Source: Deltaproteobacteria bacterium
Lineage (GTDB): Bacteria > Desulfobacterota > Dissulfuribacteria > Dissulfuribacterales > QOAL01
Assembly (NCBI GenBank): GCA_015486425.1
Contig: WFRQ01000410.1
Coordinates: 1 to 33,263 of the forward strand
Length of the DNA: 33,263 nucleotides
Reading direction: 5' to 3'
Shown: positions 17,909 to 27,905 of the stretch, in pieces
How positions within the stretch are numbered: the stretch's first letter is position 1
Layout of the letters: each line of letters opens with the position of its first letter
The notes under the pieces: generated by a model
The model's database searches: none
What the model was told of the DNA's origin: nothing
What the model saw: the letters and a program-made list of their open reading frames with translations, nothing else
Made by a program: the position numbers and the translations under genes

Positions 17909-18538
17909 TTATTTTGAGTAGAACTCTACAATAAGCTGTTCCTGAATAGGAATAGTGATGTGACTTCTCTCAGGCATACCTTTTATCGTGCCCTCTTTCT
18001 TTTCAGCATCAAGTTCCAGCCACTCGGGAACGCCACGCCTGGCGACTGCCTCAAGTGCCTGAACAACAGGCACGATCTGTGCTGATTTTTCCCTTAATGC
18101 AACCTTGTCACCAGTCTTTACAAGAAAAGAGGGGATGTCAGTCTTAACGCCATTAACAGTAAAATGGCCATGACGCACAAGCTGCCTCGCCTGTGAGCGG
18201 GAATCAGCAAAACCAAGCCTGTAAACAACATTGTCAAGACGCCTTTCAAGGAGAATAAGAAGCGTGGTGCCGGTAACGCCCTTCTGACGGTCAGCCTCAT
18301 TGAAATAGCTTCTGAACTGTTCCTCCTTGATGCCGTACATCCTTCTTACCCGCTGTTTTTCGCGCAGACGAATGCCGTAATCCGAGACCTTTATCCTGCG
18401 GCCCTGCCCATGCTGACCAGGTGGATAACTCCTGCGCTCAAAGGCACATTTATCAGAAAAACATCTATCGCCCTTAAGAAAGAGTTTACTTCCTTCCCGC
18501 CTGCATAAACGGCAACGTGGTCCTGTATATCTTGACAC
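17909..18538 (-). CDS. rpsD: 30S ribosomal protein S4 (Zn-finger-type N-terminus)
   Basis: 209 aa. [16 protein letters not shown]...CFSDKC. GTG start preceded by GGAGG. Confidence 0.97.
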   Translation of the reverse strand: MSRYTGPRCRLCRREGSKLFLKGDRCFSDKCAFERRSYPPGQHGQGRRIKVSDYGIRLREKQRVRRMYGIKEEQFRSYFNEADRQKGVTGTTLLILLERRLDNVVYRLGFADSRSQARQLVRHGHFTVNGVKTDIPSFLVKTGDKVALREKSAQIVPVVQALEAVARRGVPEWLELDAEKKEGTIKGMPERSHITIPIQEQLIVEFYSK

Positions 18539-18816
18539 TTCCTGTCCTCCGGTAAACTTCTATTTTTTTAAAAAACGTACAGACTATCTGCTTAATTTTC
18601 TGGTGTTAAATGCTTAAATCAACCGCATAGACCTGTAACAGTGGCTCTGCCATTGACATTGCCAGCACTGAACTTGCAATGTTTTTTGACAACACTAAAT
18701 GGTCAATGGCTGTAATGAGAACTCAAGGAGATACTCAACAGCAAAATGCGCATTTTATACGCTTAGCTCAAGAGACACCTTAAAGGCCGGCAATTACGAT
18801 AGCGCGCTGTTAATTC

Positions 18817-19203
18817 TCATACTCGACGACGTTTGGGAGGACGACAGCCATTATGGGGCAGAGGTGTTACATCCTTGATCGTCTTGATCTTCAGGCCTGC
18901 GGCAGCAAGGGCTCTGACTGCAGCCTCCCTGCCTGAGCCAGGACCGTTGATATGTACATCCACACTTCTCATGCCATGGTCCATGGCCTTTCTCGCAGCA
19001 TTCTCAGATGCCATCTGCGCCGCAAAAGGAGTACCCTTTCTTGACCCCTTGAAGCCCTGAGCACCACAGGTTGACCATGATACAGTATTGCCCTGCTTGT
19101 CAGTAATGGTAATGCACGTATTATTAAAAGTGGCCTGTATGTGAACTATACCCTCAGGGATATTCTTTTTTTCCCTGCGGCCGCCTCTTCTTGGTGATGC
19201 CAT
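18817..19203 (-). CDS. rpsK: 30S ribosomal protein S11
   Basis: 128 aa. [18 protein letters not shown]...[13 protein letters not shown]. Confidence 0.97.
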   Translation of the reverse strand: MASPRRGGRREKKNIPEGIVHIQATFNNTCITITDKQGNTVSWSTCGAQGFKGSRKGTPFAAQMASENAARKAMDHGMRSVDVHINGPGSGREAAVRALAAAGLKIKTIKDVTPLPHNGCRPPKRRRV

Positions 19204-19309
19204 TTGAAAACTCCTGTATGCAGTGCCCCTGCTTTTGCTAACAGTCTTAACTTTACCGTGCGGTGCACTGCCGACGCCTTTTTATATGAAAGCGTCTGTG
19301 TAAAATTGC

Positions 19310-19681
19310 TTAACGCTTTTTCTTCTTTACTGCAGTACGGCGAGGTCCCTTGCGTGTCCTTGCATTGGTGGAAGTGCGCTGTCCACGTACAGGCAATCCT
19401 CTCCTGTGACGGAGGCCCCTGTAACAGCCCATATCCATGAGCCGCTTGATATTCATTGAAATCTCACGCCTGAGATCACCTTCGATCTTGCATTCAGAGT
19501 CGATGATTTTCCTAAGCGCTGTGATATCCTCATCGGTGAGCGCATCAGTTTTCTTGTTCCTGTCAATGCCGGCCTTATCCAAAATCTGTCCGGAAAGGGT
19601 ACGACCGATACCGTAAATATAGGTAAGCGCTATCTCAAGTCTCTTTTTGTTAGGCAGGTCAACCCCTGCTATTCGTGCCAC
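19310..19681 (-). CDS. rpsM: 30S ribosomal protein S13
   Basis: 123 aa. [10 protein letters not shown]...[20 protein letters not shown] start with GAGGGAGG 7 nt upstream. Confidence 0.97.
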   Translation of the reverse strand: MARIAGVDLPNKKRLEIALTYIYGIGRTLSGQILDKAGIDRNKKTDALTDEDITALRKIIDSECKIEGDLRREISMNIKRLMDMGCYRGLRHRRGLPVRGQRTSTNARTRKGPRRTAVKKKKR

Positions 19682-19696
19682 GAAGTTTCCTCCCTC

Positions 19697-19810
19697 TTAA
19701 CCCTGACGCTGCTTGTGTCTGGGGTTTTTACAGATAACCCGCACAATGCCTCTTCTTCTGATTACCTTGCAATCCTTACATCTTGGTTTGACTGAAGCCT
19801 TAACCTTCAT
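19697..19810 (-). CDS. rpmJ: 50S ribosomal protein L36
   Basis: Not in the ORF track because it is under 60 aa. My translation of the - strand gives [37 protein letters not shown] (37 aa, with the C-x2-C...C...H motif). Confidence 0.93.
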   Translation of the reverse strand: MKVKASVKPRCKDCKVIRRRGIVRVICKNPRHKQRQG

Positions 19811-20037
19811 GATAAATCACCTTTTATGCATATGTCCGGAATGACCCCGGTAAAACTATCTGATTTTATCTTACCTTTCAGAGACAATATCTCTGAAAAA
19901 ACCCATCATGGACTGAGCATCCATCACAGTCCGAATAGATCTTCACTAAAATATTTTAACTGACAACCCAATGCGATACAGCCATTTATAAAAATTCACG
20001 CAGAATCTCTGTGTATTTCCAAATAACAGACAGAGGA

Positions 20038-20256
20038 TTATCGTTCCCTGTAAACTACACGACCCCTGGTAAGGTCGTATGGAGACAGCTCCACTGTTAC
20101 CCTGTCACCTGGAAGTATTCTGATATAGTGCATTCTCATCTTGCCTGAAATGTGTGCAAGCACCTTGTGGCCATTATCAAGCTCAACCCTGAACATAGCG
20201 TTAGGCAGGGTCTCAAGCACTTTTCCCTCTACCTGTATTGCATCTCCCTTTGACAT
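20038..20256 (-). CDS. infA: Translation initiation factor IF-1
   Basis: 72 aa. [42 protein letters not shown]1-like fold signature. Confidence 0.97.
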   Translation of the reverse strand: MSKGDAIQVEGKVLETLPNAMFRVELDNGHKVLAHISGKMRMHYIRILPGDRVTVELSPYDLTRGRVVYRER

Positions 20257-20468
20257 TTTATCCTATCCTGAACTGTGGGCCTGATTTTTCAGACCTGGAC
20301 CCTTAAGGCATTTATGCCGCCTGGGCGGCACGCGTTCTTTTCCAATAGCCGGTACGCCTGGTCCGTTTATAAAAACAGCCTATCCTGCGGGAAATTTGCA
20401 ACTATACCCCAGGATATCTGAAAAAGCAAACTATCTGTCCGGATGTACATTCAAAACAGGACAGCCCC

Positions 20469-21251
20469 TTACCGCAGCAGACTCAATATCAGAGGCTTTC
20501 CGTCTGTAACTGCCACTGAATGCTCATAATGAGCTGACAGTGACCCGTCAGCCGTAACCGCAGTCCAGCCATCGGAAAGGACTCTTACATCAGGACTGCC
20601 AGCAGTAACCATAGGTTCTATGGCAATGACCATCCCTTTTTTTAACTTGGGGCCACGGCCTTTTGTACCATAGTTGGGGACTTCAGGGGGCTCATGAAGG
20701 TTCTGCCCAATCCCGTGCCCCACAAACTGTTTTACTACACCAAACCCTGACGATTCTACCCTGGCCTGGATAGCTGCGCTCACATCGCCAAGTCTCTTAC
20801 CCTTCTTTACCTTCTCAATCCCCTTGAACAGGGCATCTCTGGCGCACTCTATAAGTTCATCGGCAAGACCGGAGCCACTATGCTCACCAGCTACCACACT
20901 TATTGCAGCATCGCCCACATAGCCATCATAAATGACACCCACATCCATACTGACCAGATCGCCGACATCAATTCTTCGGGCTGGTGACGGTATGCCGTGA
21001 ACTATCTCGTCATTTATGGAAATGCAAACCGTAGCCGGATAGCCACGGTAGCCCTTGAAGGCTGGCTCAGCGGAACAGTTTCTTATATACTCTTCAGCCT
21101 GACGGTCAAGATCATACGTGGTAACACCAGGCAGAAGATTTCCCCGGAGCATTTGCAGCACGCCTGCCACTATCTGATTGGCAGCCAGCAGTTTTTCTAT
21201 TTCCCATGGTGCCTTAAGGGTAATGCGCCTCGAAGCCCGTTTTTTCTTCAC
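20469..21251 (-). CDS. map: Methionine aminopeptidase, type I
   Basis: 260 aa. Metal-ligand context (DLVSMDVGVIYDGYVGD, FVGHGIG, IEPM, YEHSV). Confidence 0.95.
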   Translation of the reverse strand: MKKKRASRRITLKAPWEIEKLLAANQIVAGVLQMLRGNLLPGVTTYDLDRQAEEYIRNCSAEPAFKGYRGYPATVCISINDEIVHGIPSPARRIDVGDLVSMDVGVIYDGYVGDAAISVVAGEHSGSGLADELIECARDALFKGIEKVKKGKRLGDVSAAIQARVESSGFGVVKQFVGHGIGQNLHEPPEVPNYGTKGRGPKLKKGMVIAIEPMVTAGSPDVRVLSDGWTAVTADGSLSAHYEHSVAVTDGKPLILSLLR

Positions 21252-21341
21252 TGATCAGCCACCAGAGGGACCTTTTTGCAGCCAGACCCGCCCTTGCAGC
21301 CATGTAATATTCCAACGGGCAGCACCTGACAACAGAATCTA

Positions 21342-22652
21342 TCAGCCTCTACGGCCCCTTATAGGTGCCCCCTTCATAAATCCTTCATAATTCCTGGTAA
21401 TAAGATGTGATTCTATCTGGCCCATGGTGTCCATGGCTACGCCCACGACAATCAACAGGGCAGTGCCGCCAAAGTAGAAGGGAACATTCAATTTTGAAAT
21501 CAGAATACTGGGAAGCACGCATATAACCGAAACATATGCGGCCCCCACCAGGGTAATTCGTGCCAGTATGGTATCTATAAATTCCGCAGTTCTTCTGCCA
21601 GGCCTTATACCAGGTATATAACCGCCATTCTTTTTGAGGTTTTCCGCAATATCTTCAGGGTTGAACTGTATGGCAGTATAAAAATAGCAGAAAAATATTA
21701 TCAGTCCCACATACAATGATTCATATATGAGGCTTCCAGGCCTGAGTGCCTGTGAAATTGAATGCATCCACTCAAACGGCATGAAGTTCGCTATGGTAGC
21801 AGGGAACATTATGATGGAGGAGGCAAAGATTGGCGGTATGACACCGGCAGTATTGACCTTCAGAGGCAGGTGGGTTGACTGCCCGCCATACACCTTGCGC
21901 CCAACCACCCTTCTGGCATAGTGAATGGGAATCTTCCTGTGGGCCCTTTCCATAAAGCAGATAAAAGCTACCACTGCAATCATCATGACCAGCAGAAATA
22001 TCATGAGCCCTGCGTTAATTTCACCAGTAGACATAAGCCTGAATGTATCAATGATGGCCGAGGGCATCCTTGCAACAATACCGGCAAAAATTATCATGGA
22101 AATGCCATTTCCAATCCCGCGTTCCGTAATCTGCTCTCCAAGCCACATGAGGAACACTGTACCGGACATCAGTGTAAGAGCTGTAAGGAACCTGAAGCTC
22201 CAACCTGGAATTGCAACCACAGGCACGCCCCCTGGCGAAGTCATGCTTTCAAGACCTATGGCAATGCCAAAGCCCTGAATAATACTGAGCCCCACTGTGC
22301 CATACCTGGTGTACTGGCTTATCTTCTTCCTGCCTGCCTCTCCCTCCTTCTTCAACTGCTCAAGGTGAGGAATGGCCACACCAAGAAGCTGTATGATAAT
22401 GGAGGCACTGATATAAGGCATGATACCAAGGGCGAATATGGAAAAATTCTTCAGGGCGCCACCTGAGAACATGTCAAACATACCGAAGAGCGTACCCTGG
22501 GCCCTGGCAAAAAACGATGCCAGCGCTGCGGTATCAATTCCCGGCGTGGGTACCTGCACTCCAATTCTGTATACCGCAAGCATCATAAGCGTAAAGAGTA
22601 TACGCTTGCGAAGTTCAGGTACGTTACCTATGCCCTCTACGCCCTTTAACAC
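21342..22652 (-). CDS. secY: Preprotein translocase subunit SecY
   Basis: 436 aa, polytopic. [10 protein letters not shown]...[18 protein letters not shown] start immediately after the rplO stop. Confidence 0.97.
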   Translation of the reverse strand: MLKGVEGIGNVPELRKRILFTLMMLAVYRIGVQVPTPGIDTAALASFFARAQGTLFGMFDMFSGGALKNFSIFALGIMPYISASIIIQLLGVAIPHLEQLKKEGEAGRKKISQYTRYGTVGLSIIQGFGIAIGLESMTSPGGVPVVAIPGWSFRFLTALTLMSGTVFLMWLGEQITERGIGNGISMIIFAGIVARMPSAIIDTFRLMSTGEINAGLMIFLLVMMIAVVAFICFMERAHRKIPIHYARRVVGRKVYGGQSTHLPLKVNTAGVIPPIFASSIIMFPATIANFMPFEWMHSISQALRPGSLIYESLYVGLIIFFCYFYTAIQFNPEDIAENLKKNGGYIPGIRPGRRTAEFIDTILARITLVGAAYVSVICVLPSILISKLNVPFYFGGTALLIVVGVAMDTMGQIESHLITRNYEGFMKGAPIRGRRG

Positions 22653-23135
22653 TTATGCACTCTCCTCTGTTTTGTCAGACACCGCATGTGAAGGAACTAT
22701 TTCAACGCTGCCGCCTGCAGCCTCAATCTTTTTTACCGCACTGCTGCTGGCTGCATGTACCCGGATGTTCACAGCCCGGTTAATCTCTCCATCACCAAGT
22801 ACCTTGACAAGGGAATAACGCTTGCTCACCAGTCCCTTTGCACGAAGGACCTCTATGTCTATGGGGCCATCATGCTCTATTCTGTCAAGAGATGAGACAT
22901 TGAATACACCGTAGTGCTTTCTGAAAGGATTCTTAAAACCCCTCTTGGGCAGCTTCCTGTAAAGCGGCATCTGACCACCCTGGAAACCTGCGGGAATTGA
23001 AACGCCTGACCTGGACTTCTGTCCCTTCTGACCACGGCATGACGTCTTACCATGACCTGACCCCGGGCCGCGGCCTACACGTTTTCTATTTTTAACAGCG
23101 CCTTCAAAAGGCCTGAGTGAAGACAGATCTACCAT
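22653..23135 (-). CDS. rplO: 50S ribosomal protein L15
   Basis: 160 aa. KRVGRGPGSGHGKTSCRGQKGQKSRSG motif. Confidence 0.96.
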   Translation of the reverse strand: MVDLSSLRPFEGAVKNRKRVGRGPGSGHGKTSCRGQKGQKSRSGVSIPAGFQGGQMPLYRKLPKRGFKNPFRKHYGVFNVSSLDRIEHDGPIDIEVLRAKGLVSKRYSLVKVLGDGEINRAVNIRVHAASSSAVKKIEAAGGSVEIVPSHAVSDKTEESA

Positions 23136-23147
23136 TTATCTCTCCTG

Positions 23148-23232
23148 ATTTACCGTGAAAATACATTAAGCTTTCGCCTGTACTTTGCATGACAAGGGGT
23201 GTTGCATATACTACGCGGTGCAACATAAAAGT
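23148..23232 (-). repeat. Family C structured repeat, copy C2 (85 nt), filling the rpsE-rplO spacer where rpmD would normally lie
   Basis: - strand: ACTTTTATGTTGCACCGCGTAGTATATGCAACA...GCGAAAGC...TATTTTCACGGTAAAT. Gap-free hand alignment to 27821..27905 gives 59/85 identical. Confidence 0.65.
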
Positions 23233-23246
23233 TCAGCTCTGTGATA

Positions 23247-23759
23247 TCAGGACCTTCCGCCTCTGAGATTCGCAAGAGCAACTGACTTCTGAATAGTCTC
23301 AAAACCCTGGAAAGTTGCATGCACCACATTGTACGGATTGTTGGAACCAAGACATTTGGTGAGGATATCGTTTATCCCCGCGGCCTCCATGATGGCCCTG
23401 ACCACTGCACCTGCAATAACACCGGTACCAGGAACCGCAGGTTTCAGAAGTACCCTGCCTGCCCCGTAATGACCTACTATGTCATGGGGAATAGTAGTCC
23501 CTGTTATGGGAACCGTTATCATGTTTTTCTGGGCTCTTTCCGTGGCCTTTCGAAGCGCCTCAGGTACCTCCTTGGCCTTGCCCATGGCATAGCCTACCTT
23601 GCCCTGACCGTCACCAACCACAGCGAGAGCACTGAAGCTGAAACGCCTGCCGCCCTTAACAACCTTTGCCACACGGTTAATAAAGACTATTTTTTCTATT
23701 AAGCCCAGATCGTTATTATCTTGTGGTCCTACCAAGGTTTCACCCCTTATTCTCTGCAC
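23247..23759 (-). CDS. rpsE: 30S ribosomal protein S5
   Basis: [25 protein letters not shown] core. The ORF track starts at GTG 23759. A TTG at 23735 preceded by AAGGGGTGA is a better-supported start. Confidence 0.95.
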   Translation of the reverse strand: MQRIRGETLVGPQDNNDLGLIEKIVFINRVAKVVKGGRRFSFSALAVVGDGQGKVGYAMGKAKEVPEALRKATERAQKNMITVPITGTTIPHDIVGHYGAGRVLLKPAVPGTGVIAGAVVRAIMEAAGINDILTKCLGSNNPYNVVHATFQGFETIQKSVALANLRGGRS

Positions 23760-23838
23760 CCATGATTTATGGGATTACGCATATATGAGCTGTTGAATAC
23801 TGCTGATTTATACGCTTCCACAGCTACTGTTAAGAATT

Positions 23839-24210
23839 TTAAAATTTGAGTCCGCCTTCTCTTGCACCTTCCGCAAGGGCCTTGACCCTTCCGTGATAGA
23901 GGAAACCTCCTCTGTCAAATGCTACTTCCTCAATGCCCTTGGCCTTTCCTGATGCAGCTATCTCCATCCCTACCGCCTTGGCAACATCAGTCTTGCCCTT
24001 GAACTCTGATGCCCTGCCCCTGATGGACGATGATTGAGATGACGCAGCAGCAAGAGTTACACCCTTCTCATCATCAACAAGCTGGGCATAAATGTGTCTC
24101 GTGCTGCGGAATACAGCAAGCCTCGGCATTGACGCCGTGCCTGAAATCTTTTTCCTGATTCTGCGTCTTCTCTTCAGCCGGGCAGTCAACTTGGAATTTG
24201 TGCTGGCCAT
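23839..24210 (-). CDS. rplR: 50S ribosomal protein L18
   Basis: 123 aa. [18 protein letters not shown]...[26 protein letters not shown]. Confidence 0.96.
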   Translation of the reverse strand: MASTNSKLTARLKRRRRIRKKISGTASMPRLAVFRSTRHIYAQLVDDEKGVTLAAASSQSSSIRGRASEFKGKTDVAKAVGMEIAASGKAKGIEEVAFDRGGFLYHGRVKALAEGAREGGLKF

Positions 24211-24332
24211 ATTACTCTTTGACTCCTGATTTAGAACTATCCGTTTTCTATCTACAGATATGATTCACTTGAGGCAATGACCTGAAACAAGGATCATAAC
24301 CTGTTTGTTAACAATTTACGCCATAGCCCCTG

Positions 24333-24875
24333 CTATGCGGCAGCCTTACCAGCCTTGCGGATAATGGTCTCGTCTGAGTAGAAGATTCCCTTGCCCTTAT
24401 ATGGTTCAGGAGGACGATACTGTCTGATTTTTGCCGCAGTAAGACCAAGAAGCTCCTTGTCATGTCCTTCGAGAATGACATGTATCTCCTTCTGCTTGTC
24501 CACCTTGACGGTAATGCCCTCAGGCAGATCGAACTCTATTGGATGCGAAAACCCGAGATGCATTACAAGCTGTTTTCCCTTGATATCTACCTTGTAACCA
24601 ACACCGTTTACAATCAGTTCCTTCTTGAACCCCTGGGATACACCGTTAACCATATTTGCTATCAGGGCCCTGGTAAGTCCCTGCAGAGCCCTGGACTTCT
24701 TGGAATCATCAGGCCTCTTTACAATAATTACATCTCCGTCAACATTGACAGAGACGCCTGGATTTACCCTTCTTTCAAGAGTACCCTTGGAGCCCTTTAC
24801 AGATATGGTATCCCCATCCAGTTTCACAGTGGTACCGGAAGGGATTGTAATAGGCAGTTTTCCTATACGTGACAT
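24333..24875 (-). CDS. rplF: 50S ribosomal protein L6
   Basis: 180 aa. MSRIGKLPITIPSGTTV...GVGYK...PEPYKGKGI. Confidence 0.96.
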   Translation of the reverse strand: MSRIGKLPITIPSGTTVKLDGDTISVKGSKGTLERRVNPGVSVNVDGDVIIVKRPDDSKKSRALQGLTRALIANMVNGVSQGFKKELIVNGVGYKVDIKGKQLVMHLGFSHPIEFDLPEGITVKVDKQKEIHVILEGHDKELLGLTAAKIRQYRPPEPYKGKGIFYSDETIIRKAGKAAA

Positions 24876-24903
24876 GGTCTATCAGCCTCTCTTTAAAACC
24901 CGG

Positions 24904-25299
24904 CTACCATACCGAGAGAAGGACTTCACCGCCTACGCCCTTTTCTCTGGCACCGTTGTCTGTCATAAGTCCCTTTGACGTGGAAATCACGGCAAAACCA
25001 TAGCCTGATTTTATAGTGGGGATTTCCGTCTTCCTCTTGTATATACGCCTGCCAGGCTTGCTGACTCTCTGAATATCGTTAAAAACCGGCGCGCCATTCT
25101 CGTATCTGAGATAAATTCTCAGAATCCCCTGCTTGTCGTCCTTAATAACACGAAAATTATTGATAATACCCTGTTCCTTAAGGATAGCTGCAATACCTGC
25201 CTTCACATTTGAAGAAGGCATATCCACCTTTTCATGGCGGGCCTTGGATCCGTTTCTGATACGAGTCAGTAAATCTGCTATTGGATCAGTCATTGACAT
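24904..25299 (-). CDS. rpsH: 30S ribosomal protein S8
   Basis: 131 aa. TDPIADLLTRIRNG...GGEVLLSVW. Confidence 0.96.
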   Translation of the reverse strand: MSMTDPIADLLTRIRNGSKARHEKVDMPSSNVKAGIAAILKEQGIINNFRVIKDDKQGILRIYLRYENGAPVFNDIQRVSKPGRRIYKRKTEIPTIKSGYGFAVISTSKGLMTDNGAREKGVGGEVLLSVW

Positions 25300-25327
25300 G
25301 TTTTTATGCTCCGTACGACTTCAGCTG

Positions 25328-25513
25328 CTACCAGCTGGCCTTAGTTACGCCAGGCAACAGGCCGCTTGACGCCATCTTTCTGAAACAGATTCTGCATATA
25401 CCAAACTGCCTGATAAAAGCTCGCGGTCTTCCGCATAACGGGCACCTGTTATACTTGCGCACTGCAAACTTCGGCTTTCTCTTTGCCTTTTCTCTCAATG
25501 CCTTGCGTGCCAA
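25328..25513 (-). CDS. rpsN: 30S ribosomal protein S14, type Z (zinc-binding, 61 aa)
   Basis: 61 aa. [22 protein letters not shown] (CxxC...CxxC), ends in W. Confidence 0.95.
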   Translation of the reverse strand: MARKALREKAKRKPKFAVRKYNRCPLCGRPRAFIRQFGICRICFRKMASSGLLPGVTKASW

Positions 25514-25534
25514 GGTGTTCCTCCTGTGATATTG

Positions 25535-26071
25535 CTATTTGCGAAAAGGCATTCCCAGCGTTGAAAGCAGGAATCTGGCCTCATCGTCAGTCTTTGCCGT
25601 GGTTACTATAGTAATATTCATACCCTTGATCTTGTCGATCTTATCATAATCGATCTCAGGAAATATGATATGTTCCTTGATACCAAGAGAGTAATTGCCC
25701 CTTCCGTCAAAGGCCCTGGGGGATACACCCCTGAAGTCTCTGATTCGCGGAATAGCTATGTTAATAAGCTTGGTGAGAAAGTCCCACATCCGTTCCCTTC
25801 TCAGGGTGACGCAGCAGCCAATAGGCATTCCCTCACGCAGTTTGAAGGTAGCAATGGAGCGCCTCGCACGGGTTATGACAGGTTTCTGACCAGCTATCAA
25901 GGCCATTTCATTTGTGGCGCTGTCAAGAATCTTGGAATTCTGAATTGCCTCTCCCAGTCCCATGTTCAGAACACACTTGTCAATGCGTGGTACCTGCATG
26001 GGGTTGGTGTATCCAAACTCTTCCATGAGCTTCGGAACACTCTCTTCTTTATACTGCTTCAACAAAAGCAT
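25535..26071 (-). CDS. rplE: 50S ribosomal protein L5
   Basis: 178 aa. [20 protein letters not shown]...[20 protein letters not shown]. Confidence 0.96.
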   Translation of the reverse strand: MLLLKQYKEESVPKLMEEFGYTNPMQVPRIDKCVLNMGLGEAIQNSKILDSATNEMALIAGQKPVITRARRSIATFKLREGMPIGCCVTLRRERMWDFLTKLINIAIPRIRDFRGVSPRAFDGRGNYSLGIKEHIIFPEIDYDKIDKIKGMNITIVTTAKTDDEARFLLSTLGMPFRK

Positions 26072-26092
26072 CTCTCAACTGCCTCCAACAGG

Positions 26093-26428
26093 CTATTTTG
26101 CCTCAGTGGGAATTACTTCCCCGCACTTTTTACAGAGTCTGACTTTTGAACCGTCATCAAGCGTTTTACTGGAAATACGCACCGGATCAGTACACTTGGG
26201 ACAAAGCAGCATAAGATTGGAAAGATGGATGGAAGCCTCTTTCTCAATGATTCCGCCGCTTGACGCAGGACCGGGTTTTGTGTGCCTCTTTATCATCTGG
26301 GCACCTTCTACACGGGCCCGGCCCTTGGCAGAAAGAATAGCGAGAATCTTGCCAACCTTTCCGCGATCCTTCCCGGCCATGACCATTACTCGATCATTTT
26401 TCCTGAGGTATGTTTTAACTTTTTTCAT
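26093..26428 (-). CDS. rplX: 50S ribosomal protein L24 (with a CxxC...CxxC motif in the C-terminal third)
   Basis: 111 aa. KOW region RKNDRVMVMAGKDRGKVGKIL, GGIIEKEASIHLSNLML, then CPKC...(20 aa)...CKKC. Confidence 0.94.
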   Translation of the reverse strand: MKKVKTYLRKNDRVMVMAGKDRGKVGKILAILSAKGRARVEGAQMIKRHTKPGPASSGGIIEKEASIHLSNLMLLCPKCTDPVRISSKTLDDGSKVRLCKKCGEVIPTEAK

Positions 26429-26443
26429 GGTATTTCTCAGTGT

Positions 26444-26812
26444 TTACAGAACTTCAGGAGCCAGCGATATAATCTTCATATAGCGCCTGGCCCTGAGTTC
26501 ACGTGCTACAGGACCGAAAATTCGAGTACCGACAGGTTCGCCATACTGATTGATCAGCACTGCCGCGTTCTCATCAAAACGTATAAGAGTTCCATCCGGC
26601 CTTGATATCTCCTTGGCTGTCCTGACCACAACTGCCCTGGCCACTTCACCCTTCTTGACCTTGGAGTTTGGAATTGCCTCCTTAACTGCTACAACTATGA
26701 TATCACCTATGCTGGCATAGCGGCGCCGGGTGCCTCCAAGGACCCGAATGCAGGCTACCCTCTTTGCGCCGGAGTTATCCGCTACGTTCAGTACACTTTC
26801 TTGCTGGATCAT
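26444..26812 (-). CDS. rplN: 50S ribosomal protein L14
   Basis: 122 aa. [17 protein letters not shown]...[10 protein letters not shown]. Confidence 0.97.
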   Translation of the reverse strand: MIQQESVLNVADNSGAKRVACIRVLGGTRRRYASIGDIIVVAVKEAIPNSKVKKGEVARAVVVRTAKEISRPDGTLIRFDENAAVLINQYGEPVGTRIFGPVARELRARRYMKIISLAPEVL

Positions 26813-26829
26813 TTTTCATGCCTTCCTTT

Positions 26830-27090
26830 CTAGACGGCCCTTTCGAGTATCTCTTTAACAGTCCAGCGTTTCTTCTTACTCATGGGGCGACACTCTTCAA
26901 GAAGAATGGTATCGCCTACCCTGCAACTGTTGTCAGGGTCATGAGCCATATATTTTTTCCTGCGCTGCACAAACTTTCCATATATCGGGTGCTGAATTCT
27001 TCTCGTAACAACAACACTGACTGTCTTGTCATTCTTGTCGCTGGTAACTGTACCTATAAGGGTTCTACGCAGACCTTTGGCCACACTCAT
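26830..27090 (-). CDS. rpsQ: 30S ribosomal protein S17
   Basis: 86 aa. LIGTVTSDKNDKTVSVVVTRRIQHPIYGKF...HDPDNSCRVGD. Confidence 0.95.
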   Translation of the reverse strand: MSVAKGLRRTLIGTVTSDKNDKTVSVVVTRRIQHPIYGKFVQRRKKYMAHDPDNSCRVGDTILLEECRPMSKKKRWTVKEILERAV

Positions 27091-27104
27091 AACAACTCCT
27101 TGGA

Positions 27105-27299
27105 TTATTCTCCGGCCTTTTCTTTAATAAGAGTCAAAATCCTTGCAATGGACCTACGTACTTTCTTGATCCTGGCTGTGTCCTCAAGCTGATGTGTTGC
27201 ATGCTGAAAGCGCAGGTTAAACATCTCCTGTCTGAGGTCAGCCTCCTTTTTCGCAAGTTCATCCAAGGAAAGGTCTCTGAGTTTTGATGCCTCACTCAT
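27105..27299 (-). CDS. rpmC: 50S ribosomal protein L29
   Basis: 64 aa. [26 protein letters not shown]. Overlaps the rplP stop by 4 nt. Confidence 0.93.
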   Translation of the reverse strand: MSEASKLRDLSLDELAKKEADLRQEMFNLRFQHATHQLEDTARIKKVRRSIARILTLIKEKAGE

Positions 27300-27712
27300 A
27301 ACACATCACTCCTGGATACTATTTTTGTAGGTACTGACAACTTGTGAGCGGCCAGTCTCAGGGCTTCACGCGCAATGCTCTCTTCAATACCTTCCATCTC
27401 GTACAGGATCCTTCCCGGTTTGACAGGAGCAACCCAGCCTTCAACAGTACCCTTACCTTTACCCATCCTGACCTCGGCAGGTTTGGAAGTAATAGGCTTG
27501 TCAGGGAAAATTCTTATCCATATCTTTCCCTTACGTTTTACATGCCTGGTGATGGCAATACGAGCGGCTTCAATCTGTTGTGCCGAAATAAAACCTTTGC
27601 CCAGGGCCTTTAGTCCAAAGTCGCCGAATGCCAGGGTATTTCCCCTGGATGCGACCCCTTTCAGGCGGCCTTTCTGCCGTTTTCTATATTTCGTCTTCTT
27701 GGGACTGAGCAT
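27296..27712 (-). CDS. rplP: 50S ribosomal protein L16
   Basis: 138 aa. [16 protein letters not shown]...RMGKGKG. Confidence 0.97.
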   Translation of the reverse strand: MLSPKKTKYRKRQKGRLKGVASRGNTLAFGDFGLKALGKGFISAQQIEAARIAITRHVKRKGKIWIRIFPDKPITSKPAEVRMGKGKGTVEGWVAPVKPGRILYEMEGIEESIAREALRLAAHKLSVPTKIVSRSDVL

Positions 27713-27820
27713 AATTAATATTACCTTCGAACTTGATGCTGTTTAAACCACGAACAGCAACTGTCTTTGTACCTGCATCAGAGCACTGTATGTCAGGTGC
27801 TCTTATTCAGCTTATTTTAA

Positions 27821-27905
27821 ATTTATCGTGAAAATACCCACTTCTTTCGCTGGTATTTTTCATGATATGAGTTGTTGCGCTGCATGGACAGTGCAACATG
27901 AAAGT
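27821..27905 (-). repeat. Family C structured repeat, copy C3 (85 nt), in the 294-nt rpsC-rplP spacer
   Basis: - strand: ACTTTCATGTTGCACTGTCCATGCAGCGCAACA...CATGAAAAATACCAGCGAAAGAAGTGGGTATTTTCACGATAAAT. A degenerate partial unit lies at 27935..27982 (TTTTCATG...CATGAAAA). Confidence 0.65.

Noticed and set aside
20396-20413. Sigma54-type promoter (TGGGGTATAGTTGCA on the - strand) upstream of infA
   Set aside because: The GG-to-GC spacing is one nucleotide short of the TGGCAC-N5-TTGCA geometry, and the -24 element is poor.
23150-23350. 66-aa - strand ORF spanning the rpsE-rplO gap, considered as a possible divergent L30
   Set aside because: The sequence ([16 protein letters not shown]...) has no resemblance to L30. 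Half of it overlaps the 3' end of rpsE in another frame, and it would end only 14 nt upstream of the rplO start codon (23135), which suggests a chance ORF rather than a gene. I treat it as a chance ORF across repeat C2.
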